A stretch of DNA of 64,000 bases. It comes from Balanoglossus misakiensis (taxonomy: Eukaryota > Animalia > Hemichordata). The DNA lies in contig CM082582.2 of assembly GCA_040954595.2 (NCBI GenBank), forward strand, positions 3,022,303 through 3,086,302, given 5' to 3'. Below the pieces are notes generated by a model, which worked only from the letters and a program-made list of their open reading frames with translations, was not told the DNA's origin and ran no database searches. Shown here in pieces: positions 1 through 10,787 of this stretch. A program made the translations under genes and the position numbers. Numbering within the stretch: the first letter of the stretch is position 1; the number at the start of each line of letters is the position of its first letter.

Positions 1-3000
1 GGCTGAAAGCTTACTTCCTGAGACTGTTTGTGCCAATGACGGGTAAGACCGCTTATGAAGTGGTGACCTAAGACAGGCGACAGTCAGGCTTCACTTACAA
101 AAAGTGGAAAATACAATAGCTACATTGGTAGGCTGAAAGCTTACTTCCTGAGACTGTTTGTGCCAATGACGGGTAAGACCGCTTATGAAGTGGTGACCTA
201 AGACAGGCGACAGTCAGGCTTCACTTACAAAAAGTGGAAAATACAATAGCTACATTGGTAGGCTGAAAGCTTACTTCCTGTGACTGTTTGTGCCAATGAC
301 GGGTAAGACCGCTTATGAAGTGGTGACCTAAGACAGGCGACAGTCAGGCTTCACTTATTAAAAGTGGAAAATACAATAGCTACATTGGTAGGCTGAAAGC
401 TTACGTCCTGAGACTGTTTGTGCCAATGACAGGTAAGACCGCTTATGAAGTGGTGACCTAAGACAGGCGACAGTCAGGCTTCACTTATAAAAAGTGGAAA
501 ATACAATAGCTACATTGGTAGGCTGAAAGCTTACGTCCTGAGACTGTTTGTGCCAATGACTGATAAGACCGCTTATGAAGTGGTGACCTAAGACAGGCGA
601 CAGTCAGGCTTCACTTACAAAAAGTGGAAAATACAATAGGTACATTGGTAGGCTGAAAGCTTACTTCCTGAGACTGTTTGTGCCAATGACGGGTAAGACC
701 GCTTATGAAGTGGTGACCTAAGACAGGCGACAGTCAGGCTTCACTTACAAAAAGTGGAAAATACAATAGCTACATTGGTAGGCTGAAAGCTTACTTCCTG
801 TGACTGTTTGTGCCAATGACGGGTAAGACCGCTTATGAAGTGGTGACCTAAGACAGGCGACAGTCAGGCTTCACTTATAAAAAGTGGAAAATACAATAGC
901 TACATTGGTAGGCTGAAAGCTTACGTCCTGAGACTGTTTGTGCCAATGACGGGTAAGACCGCTTATGAAGTGGTGACCTAAGACAGGCGACAGTCAGGCT
1001 TCACTTACAAAAAGTGGAAAATACAATAGCTACATTGGTAGGCTGAAAGCTTACTTCCTGAGACTGTTTGTGCCAATGACGGGTAAGACCGCTTATGAAG
1101 TGGTGACCTAAGACAGGCGACAGTCAGGCTTCACTTACAAAAAGTGGAAAATACAATAGCTACATTGGTAGGCTGAAAGCCTACTTCCTGAGACTGTTTG
1201 TGCCAATGACAGGTAAGACCGCTTATGAAGTGGTGACCTAAGACTAGGCGACAGTCAGGCTTCACTTACAAAAAGTGGAAAATACAATAGCTACATTGGT
1301 AGGCTGAAAGCTTACTTCCTGAGACTGTTTGTGCCAATGACGGGTAAGACCGCTTATGAAGTGGTGACCTAAGACAGGCGACAGTCAGGCTTCACTTACA
1401 AAAAGTGGAAAATACAATAGCTACATTGGTAGGCTGAAAGCTTACTTCCTGAGACTGTTTGTGCCAATGACGGGTAAGACCGCTTATGAAGTGGTGACCT
1501 AAGACAGGCGACAGTCAGGCTTCACTTACAAAAAGTGGAAAATACAATAGCTACATTGGTAGGCTGAAAGCCTACTTCCTGAGACTGTTTGTGCCAATGA
1601 CAGGTAAGACCGCTTATGAAGTGGTGACCTAAGATAGGCGACAGTCAGGCTTCACTTACAAAAAGTGGAAAATACAATAGCTACATTGGTAGGCTGAAAG
1701 CTTACTTCCTGAGACTGTTTGTGCCAATAACGGGTAAGACCACTTATGAAGTGGTGACCTAAGACAGGCGACAGTCAGGCTTCACTTACAAAAAGTGTAA
1801 AATATAATAGCTACATTGGTAGGCTGAAAGCTTACTTCCTGAGACTGTTTGTGCCAATGACGGGTAAGACCGCTTATGAAGTGGTGACCTAAGACAGGCG
1901 ACAGTCAGGCTTCACTTACAAAAAGTGGAAAATACAATAGCTACATTGGTAGGCTGAAAGCTTACTTCCTGAGACTGTTTGTGCCAATGACGGGTAAGAC
2001 CACTTATGAAGTGGTGACCTAAGACAGGCGACAGTCAGGCTTCACTTACAAAAAGTGGAAAATACAATAGCTACATTGGTAGGCTGAAAGCTTACTTCCT
2101 GAGACTGTTTGTGCCAATGACGGGTAAGACCGCTTATGAAGTGGTGACCTAAGACTGGCGACAGTCAGGCTTCACTTACAAAAAGTGGAAAATACAATAG
2201 CTACATCGGTAGGCTGAAAGCTTACTTCCTGAGACTGTTTGTGCCAATGACGGGTAAGACCGCTTATGAAGTGGTGACCTAAGACTAGGCGACAGTCAGG
2301 CTTCACTTACAAAAAGTGGAAAATATAATAGCTACATTGGTAGGCTGAAAGCTTACTTCCTGAGACTGTTTGTGCCAATGACGGGTAAGACCGCTTATGA
2401 AGTGGTGACCTAAGACAGGCGACAGTCAGGCTTCACTTACAAAAAGTGGAAAATACAATAGCTACATTGGTAGGCTGAAAGCTTACTTCCTCAGACTGTT
2501 TGTGCCAATGACGGGTAAGACCGCTTATGAAGTGGTGACCTAAGACAGGCGACAGTCAGGCTTCACTTACAAAAAGTGGAAAATACAATAGCTACATTGT
2601 TACGCTGAAAGCTTACTTCCTGTGACTGTTTGTGCCAATGACGGGTAATACCGCTTATGAAGTGGTGACCTAAGACAGGCGACAGTCAGGCTTCACTTAC
2701 AAAAAGTGGAAAATACAATAGGTACATTGGTAGGCTGAAAGCTTACTTCCTGAGACTGTTTGTGCCAATGACGGGTAAGACCGCTTATGAAGTGGTGACC
2801 TAAGACAGGCGACAGTCAGGCTTCACTTACAAAAAGTGGAAAATACAATAGCTACATTGGTAGGCTGAAAGCTTACTTCCTGAGACTGTTTGTGCCAATG
2901 ACGGGTAAGACCGCTTATGAAGTGGTGACCTAAGACAGGCGACAGTCAGGCTTCACTTGCAAAAAGTGGAAAATACAATAGCTACATTGTTACGCTGAAA

Positions 3001-6000
3001 GCTTACTTCCTGTGACTGTTTGTGCCAATGACGGGTAAGACCGCTTATGAAGTGGTGACCTAAGACAGGCGACAGTCAGGCTTCACTTACAAAAAGTGGA
3101 AAATACAATAGGTACATTGGTAGGCTGAAAGCTTACTTCCTGAGACTGTTTGTGCCAATGACGGGTAAGACCGCTTATGAAGTGGTGACCTAAGACAGGC
3201 GACAGTCAGGCTTCACTTACAAAAAGTGGAAAATACAATAGCTACATTGGTAGGCTGAAAGCTTACTTCCTGAGACTGTTTGTGCCAATGACGGGTAAGA
3301 CCGCTTATGAAGTGGTGACCTAAGACAGGCGACAGTCAGGCTTCACTTACAAAAAGTGGAAAATACAATAGCTACATTGGTAGGCTGAAAGCTTACTTCC
3401 TGAGACTGTTTGTGCCAATGACGGGTAAGACCGCTTATGAAGTGGTGACCTAAGACAGGCGACAGTCAGGCTTCACTTACAAAAAGTGGAAAATACAATA
3501 GCTACATTGGTAGGCTGAAAGCTTACTTCCTGAGACTGTTTGTGCCAATGACGGGTAAGACCGCTTATGAAGTGGTGACCTAAGACAGGCGACAGTCAGG
3601 CTTCACTTACAAAAAGTGGAAAATACAATAGCTACATTGGTAGGCTGAAAGCTTACTTCCTGTGACTGTTTGTGCCAATGACGGGTAAGACCGCTTATGA
3701 AGTGGTGACCTAAGACAGGCGACAGTCAGGCTTCACTTATAAAAAGTGGAAAATACAATAGCTACATTGGTAGGCTGAAAGCTTACGTCCTGAGACTGTT
3801 TGTGCCAATGACGGGTAAGACCGCTTATGAAGTGGTGACCTAAGACAGGCGACAGTCAGGCTTCACTTATAAAAAGTGGAAAATACAATAGCTACATTGG
3901 TAGGCTGAAAGCTTACGTCCTGAGACTGTTTGTGCCAATGACTGATAAGACCGCTTATGAAGTGGTGACCTAAGACAGGCGACAGTCAGGCTTCACTTAC
4001 AAAAAGTGGAAAATACAATAGGTACATTGGTAGGCTGAAAGCTTACTTCCTGAGACTGTTTGTGCCAATGACGGGTAAGACCGCTGATGAAGTGGTGACC
4101 TAAGACAGGCGACAGTCAGGCTTCACTTACAAAAAGTGGAAAATACAATAGCTACATTGGTAGGCTGAAAGCTTACTTCCTGTGACTGTTTGTGCCAATG
4201 ACGGGTAAGACCGCTTATGAAGTGGTGACCTAAGACAGGCGACAGTCAGGCTTCACTTATAAAAAGTGGAAAATACAATAGCTACATTGGTAGGCTGAAA
4301 GCTTACGTCCTGAGACTGTTTGTGCCAATGACGGGTAAGACCGCTTATGAAGTGGTGACCTAAGACAGGCGACAGTCAGGCTTCACTTACAAAAAGTGGA
4401 AAATACAATAGCTACATTGGTAGGCTGAAAGCTTACTTCCTGAGACTGTTTGTGCCAATGACGGGTAAGACCGCTTATGAAGTGGTGACCTAAGACAGGC
4501 GACAGTCAGGCTTCACTTACAAAAAGTGGAAAATACAATAGCTACATTGGTAGGCTGAAAGCCTACTTCCTGAGACTGTTTGTGCCAATGACAGGTAAGA
4601 CCGCTTATGAAGTGGTGACCTAAGATAGGCGACAGTCAGGCTTCACTTACAAAAAGTGGAAAATACAATAGCTACATTGGTAGGCTGAAAGCTTACTTCC
4701 TGAGACTGTTTGTGCCAATAACGGGTAAGACCACTTATGAAGTGGTGACCTAAGACAGGCGACAGTCAGGCTTCACTTACAAAAAGTGGAAAATATAATA
4801 GCTACATTGGTAGGCTGAAAGCTTACTTCCTGAGACTGTTTGTGCCAATGACGGGTAAGACCGCTTATGAAGTGGTGACCTAAGACAGGCGACAGTCAGG
4901 CTTCACTTACAAAAAGTGGAAAATACAATAGCTACATTGGTAGGCTGAAAGCTTACTTCCTGAGACTGTTTGTGCCAATGACGGGTAAGACCACTTATGA
5001 AGTGGTGACCTAAGACAGGCGACAGTCAGGCTTCACTTACAAAAAGTGGAAAATACAATAGCTACATTGGTAGGCTGAAAGCTTACTTCCTGAGACTGTT
5101 TGTGCCAATGACGGGTAAGACCGCTTATGAAGTGGTGACCTAAGACTGGCGACAGTCAGGCTTCACTTACAAAAAGTGGAAAATACAATAGCTACATCGG
5201 TAGGCTGAAAGCTTACTTCCTGAGACTGTTTGTGCCAATGACGGGTAAGACCGCTTATGAAGTGGTGACCTAAGACTAGGCGACAGTCAGGCTTCACTTA
5301 CAAAAAGTGGAAAATATAATAGCTACATTGGTAGGCTGAAAGCTTACTTCCTGAGACTGTTTGTGCCAATGACGGGTAAGACCGCTTATGAAGTGGTGAC
5401 CTAAGACAGGCGACAGTCAGGCTTCACTTACAAAAAGTGGAAAATACAATAGCTACATTGGTAGGCTGAAAGCTTACTTCCTCAGACTGTTTGTGCCAAT
5501 GACGGGTAAGACCGCTTATGAAGTGGTGACCTAAGACAGGCGACAGTCAGGCTTCACTTACAAAAAGTGGAAAATACAATAGCTACATTGTTACGCTGAA
5601 AGCTTACTTCCTGTGACTGTTTGTGCCAATGACGGGTAAGACCGCTTATGAAGTGGTGACCTAAGACAGGCGACAGTCAGGCTTCACTTACAAAAAGTGG
5701 AAAATACAATAGCTACATTGGTAGGCTGAAAGCTTACTTCCTGAGACTGTTTGTGCCAATGACGGGTAAGACCGCTTATGAAGTGGTGACCTAAGACAGG
5801 CGACAGTCAGGCTTCACTTGCAAAAAGTGGAAAATACAATAGCTACATTGTTACGCTGAAAGCTTACTTCCTGTGACTGTTTGTGCCAATGACGGGTAAG
5901 ACCGCTTATGAAGTGGTGACCTAAGACAGGCGACAGTCAGGCTTCACTTACAAAAAGTGGAAAATACAATAGGTACATTGGTAGGCTGAAAGCTTACTTC

Positions 6001-9000
6001 CTGAGACTGTTTGTGCCAATGACGGGTAAGACCGCTTATGAAGTGGTGACCTAAGACAGGCGACAGTCAGGCTTCACTTACAAAAAGTGGAAAATACAAT
6101 AGCTACATTGGTAGGCTGAAAGCTTACTTCCTGAGACTGTTTGTGCCAATGACGGGTAAGACCGCTTATGAAGTGGTGACCTAAGACAGGCGACAGTCAG
6201 GCTTCACTTACAAAAAGTGGAAAATACAATAGCTACATTGGTAGGCTGAAAGCTTACTTCCTCAGACTGTTTGTGCCAATGACGGGTAAGACCGCTTATG
6301 AAGTGGTGACCTAAGACAGGCGACAGTCAGGCTACACTTACAAAAAGTGGAAAATATAATAGCTACATTGGTAGGCTGAAAGCTTACTTTCTGAGACTGT
6401 TTGTGCCAATGACGGGTAAGACCGCTTATGAAGTGTTGACCTGAGACAGGCGACAGTCAGGCTTCACTTACAAAAAGTGGAAAATAAAATAGCTACATTG
6501 GTAGGCTGAAAGCTTACTTCCTGAGACTGTTTGTGCCAATGACGGGTAAGACCGCTTATGAAGTGGTGACCTAAGACAGGCGACAGTCAGGCTTCACTTA
6601 CAAAAAGTGTAAAATATAATAGCTACATTGGTAGGCTGAAAGCTTACTTCCTGAGACTGTTTGTGCCAATGACGGGTAAGACCGCTTATGAAGTGGTGAC
6701 CTAAGACAGGCGACAGTCAGGCTTCACTTACAAAAAGTGGAAAATACAATAGCTACATTGGTAGGCTGAAAGCTTACTTCCTGAGACTGTTTGTGCCAAT
6801 GACGGGTAAGACCGCTTATGAAGTGGTGACCTAAGACAGGCGACAGTCAGGCTTCACTTGCAAAAAGTGGAAAATACAATAGCTACATTGTTACGCTGAA
6901 AGCTTACTACCTGTGACTGTTTGTGCCAATGACGGGTAAGACCGCTTATGAAGTGGTGACCTAAGACAGGCGACAGTCAGGCTTCACTTACAAAAAGTGG
7001 AAAATACAATAGGTACATTGGTAGGCTGAAAGCTTACTTCCTGAGACTGTTTGTGCCAATGACGGGTAAGACAGCTTATGAAGTGGTGACCTAAGACAGG
7101 CGACAGTCAGGCTTCACTTACAAAAAGTGGAAAATACAATAGCTACATTGGTAGGCTGAAAGCTTACTTCCTGAGACTGTTTGTGCCAATGACGGGTAAG
7201 ACCGCTTATGAAGTGGTGACCTAAGACAGGCGACAGTCAGGCTTCACTTACAAAAAGTGGAAAATACAATAGCTACATTGGTAGGCTGAAAGCTTACTTC
7301 CTGAGACTGTTTGTGCCAATGACGGGTAAGACCGCTTATGAAGTGGTGACCTAAGACAGGCGACAGTCAGGCTACACTTACAAAAAGTGGAAAATATAAT
7401 AGCTACATTGGTAGGCTGAAAGCTTACTTTCTGAGACTGTTTGTGCCAATGACGGGTAAGACCGCTTATGAAGTGTTGACCTGAGACAGGCGACAGTCAG
7501 GCTTCACTTACAAAAAGTGGAAAATAAAATAGCTACATTGGTAGGCTGAAAGCTTACTTCCTGAGACTGTTTGTGCCAATGACGGGTAAGACCGCTTATG
7601 AAGTGGTGACCTAAGACAGGCGACAGTCAGGCTTCACTTACAAAAAGTGTAAAATATAATAGCTACATTGGTAGGCTGAAAGCTTACTTCCTGAGACTGT
7701 TTGTGCCAATGACGGGTAAGACCGCTTATGAAGTGGTGACCTAAGACAGGCGACAGTCAGGCTTCACTTACAAAAAGTGGAAAATACAATAGCTACATTG
7801 TTACGCTGAAAGCTTACTTCCTGTGACTGTTTGTGCCAATGACGGGTAAGACCGCTTATGAAGTGGTGACCTAAGACAGGCGACAGTCAGGCTTCACTTA
7901 CAAAAAGTGGAAAATACAATAGGTACATTGGTAGGCTGAAAGCTTACTTCCTGAGACTGTTTGTGCCAATGACGGGTAAGACCGCTTATGAAGTGGTGAC
8001 CTAAGACAGGCGACAGTCAGGCTTCACTTACAAAAAGTGGAAAATACAATAGCTACATTGGTAGGCTGAAAGCTTACTTCCTGAGACTGTTTGTGCCAAT
8101 GACGGGTAAGACCGCTTATGAAGTGGTGACCTAAGACAGGCGACAGTCAGGCTTCACTTACAAAAAGTGGAAAATACAATAGCTACATTGGTAGGCTGAA
8201 AGCTTACTTCCTGAGACTGTTTGTGCCAATGACGGGTAAGACCGCTTATGAAGTGGTGACCTAAGACAGGCGACAGTCAGGCTTCACTTACAAAAAGTGG
8301 AAAATACAATAGCTACATTGGTAGGCTGAAAGCTTACTTCCTGAGACTGTTTGTGCCAATGACGGGTAAGACCGCTTATGAAGTGGTGACCTAAGACAGG
8401 CGACAGTCAGGCTTCACTTACAAAAAGTGGAAAATACAATAGCTACATTGGTAGGCTGAAAGCTTACTTCCTGAGACTGTTTGTGCCAATGACGGGTAAG
8501 ACCGCTTATGAAGTGGTGACCTAAGACAGGCGACAGTCAGGCTACACTTACAAAAAGTGGAAAATATAATAGCTACATTGGTAGGCTGAAAGCTTACTTT
8601 CTGAGACTGTTTGTGCCAATGACGGGTAAGACCGCTTATGAAGTGTTGACCTGAGACAGGCGACAGTCAGGCTTCACTTACAAAAAGTGGAAAATAAAAT
8701 AGCTACATTGGTAGGCTGAAAGCTTACTTCCTGAGACTGTTTGTGCCAATGACGGGTAAGACCGCTTATGAAGTGGTGACCTAAGACAGGCGACAGTCAG
8801 GCTTCACTTACAAAAAGTGTAAAATATAATAGCTACATTGGTAGGCTGAAAGCTTACTTCCTGAGACTGTTTGTGCCAATGACGGGTAAGACCGCTTATG
8901 AAGTGGTGACCTAAGACAGGCGACAGTCAGGCTTCACTTACAAAAAGTGGAAAATACAATAGCTACATTGTTACGCTGAAAGCTTACTTCCTGTGACTGT

Positions 9001-9741
9001 TTGTGCCAATGACGGGTAAGACCGCTTATGAAGTGGTGACCTAAGACAGGCGACAGTCAGGCTTCACTTACAAAAAGTGGAAAATACAATAGGTACATTG
9101 GTAGGCTGAAAGCTTACTTCCTGAGACTGTTTGTGCCAATGACGGGTAAGACCGCTTATGAAGTGGTGACCTAAGACAGGCGACAGTCAGGCTTCACTTA
9201 CAAAAAGTGGAAAATACAATAGCTACATTGGTAGGCTGAAAGCTTACTTCCTGAGACTGTTTGTGCCAATGACGGGTAAGACCGCTTATGAAGTGGTGAC
9301 CTAAGACAGGCGACAGTCAGGCTTCACTTACAAAAAGTGGAAAATACAATAGCTACATTGGTAGGCTGAAAGCTTACTTCCTGAGACTGCTTGTGCCAAT
9401 GACGGGTAAGACCGCTTATGAAGTGGTGACCTAAGACAGGCGACAGTCAGGCTTCACTTACAAAAAGTGGAAAATACAATAGCTACATTGGTAGGCTGAA
9501 AGCTTACTTCCTGAGACTGTTTGTGCCAATGACGGGTAAGACCGCTTATGAAGTGGTGACCTAAGACAGGCGACAGTCAGGCTTCACTTACAAAAAGTGG
9601 AAAATATAATAGCTACATTGGTAGGCTGAAAGCTTACTTCCTGAGACTGTTTGTGCCAATGACGGGTAAGACCGCTTATGAAGTGTTGACCTGAGACAGG
9701 CGACAGTCAGGCTTCACTTACAAAAAGTGGAAAATAAAATA
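1..9741. repeat. 130-bp satellite DNA array, block 1 (~75 monomers; continues off the left edge)
   Basis: Unit GGCTGAAAGCTTACTTCCTGAGACTGTTTGTGCCAATGACGGGTAAGACCGCTTATGAAGTGGTGACCTAAGACAGGCGACAGTCAGGCTTCACTTACAAAAAGTGGAAAATACAATAGCTACATTGGTA recurs at 1, 131, 261 and onward, head-to-tail. The consensus carries HindIII (AAGCTT) and BstEII (GGTGACC) sites. Confidence 0.99.
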
Positions 9742-9766
9742 CAGTCGAACCTCGGTATAACGAAAA

Positions 9767-9892
9767 CGCTTACAACGAAAAACCGCTTACAACGAACGAA
9801 CAGTCATAGTCCCGAATTGGTACCATTGTTTTCTATGGCCATTCATACCACTTACAACGAACGAACATTTATCAATCACCGCTTACAACGAA
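9767..9892 (+). repeat. Subterminal direct repeats (C)CRCTTACAACGAA of the pogo-like element (candidate transposase binding sites)
   Basis: Copies at ~9767, 9782, 9847 and 9878, plus GGTTACAACGAA at ~10714 near the right end. They resemble the inner half of the TIR (TATAACGAA). The same set is present in copy 2 (+3908). Confidence 0.8.
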
Positions 9893-10189
9893 GACATTTT
9901 CATTGTGTTACGAACACCTTTTGAATAAAGGTTGGAAATAAACAATGTGCAATTTGACTTTGATCAAACTAAAATGCCCTGTAACTTCTTCACACCTTCC
10001 TATGGCAGTCCAATGTCTGAATATAGGGGTCGGGGCAGCAAATTCACGCCTATTGTTTACATGTGCTTACGAAGCATCACGCTTTTGACAGGTCGTTGGG
10101 CATCAATGTGAAAAAAGCTTTCAAGTCGTTTACACATTACGGGATTTTGACTTTGATCTTAAATTTGAAAATGACCGATATGAGACACT

Positions 10190-10448
10190 CATCATGGTTG
10201 AAGGTGACATCGAGTACCATCGCGAACTGTTTTCGAAAAGCCCTATGTAGGAACGCGTCGACCGGTGTCCTTGACACAGCGAGTGACCTCTGGGCTACCG
10301 TTATGCCGCATATCTGCAGTCCCGCGAGAACATCGATGATGCTACCTACCATCATCTCTCTTCGATTGAAGACACGATGTTTTCAATCATGTGTTCCGTT
10401 CAGCGACAATCGAAGATTACGAACTTTTTTTCTTGCCCGCGTGAGTAA
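10190..10448 (+). pseudogene. Internally deleted pogo/Tigger transposase remnant (C-terminal part)
   Basis: SWLKVTSSTIANCFRKA (~10191-10241) matches the WxxVxxxTIxNCFxK motif that follows the pogo/Tigger DDE core. A second frame reads ...LSSIEDTMFSIMCSVQRQSKITNFFSCPRE* (stop 10446-10448). An AT-rich tail follows, with AATAAA at 10611. No HTH or catalytic core is recognisable. Confidence 0.75.
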
Positions 10449-10787
10449 CTTCGATAGGAAAACGGACAATTGAATCTGGGCGGCCTGAGGTTCATGTAGT
10501 TTTTAATTCGTGAATTTTAACTTCTTTCCGCATTGTGATTTTTGTACAATTTATTTATTAACATACTGTACATTTATGTTTTGATTTTTCACTAATTTAT
10601 TAAGTACTGTAATAAAAAGTTTGTTTGTATGAAGTACGTGTTGTGTGCGTTTACAGGTGGGTGTGTATAATGGCCGCCATTTTATTCCAGTGACACGCCC
10701 CCATTTTCTATGTGGTTACAACGAACTCCGGGTATTACGAATAGATTCAAACAGTCCCCTGTTCTTCGTTATACCGAGGTTCGACTG

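Larger units (their letters stand above)
9742..10787 (+). mobile_element. Non-autonomous pogo/Tigger-family (Tc1/mariner superfamily) DNA transposon, 1,046 bp, copy 1
   Basis: Perfect 23-bp TIRs CAGTCGAACCTCGGTATAACGAA (9742-9764 and 10765-10787). TA is duplicated on both sides (9740-9741, 10788-10789) and the satellite resumes in register. Internal transposase remnants are present. Confidence 0.93.

Noticed and set aside
26-44. CENP-B box in the monomer (TTTGTGCCAATGACGGG)
   Set aside because: Spacing is 2 bp too long for TTCGNNNNANNCGGG and TTCG is TTTG in the consensus. In correct register only 6 of 9 core bases match.
108-120. Hypervariable AAAATACAATAG segment as transposon excision footprints
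   Set aside because: The variants seen here are substitutions without length change, whereas excision from a TA site should usually leave extra bases.
1-130. Monomer as a tandem RNA gene (5S, tRNA, SL or snRNA) or a coding repeat
   Set aside because: No recognisable box A/B/C, cloverleaf or Sm site. The length is not a multiple of 3 and the track shows no ORFs in pure satellite. An Rfam scan would settle this.
10764-10780. CENP-B-box-like sequence in the right TIR (CTTCGTTATACCGAGGT)
   Set aside because: Only 7 of 9 core positions match. A loose resemblance of Tigger TIRs to the box is already known and is not evidence of function.
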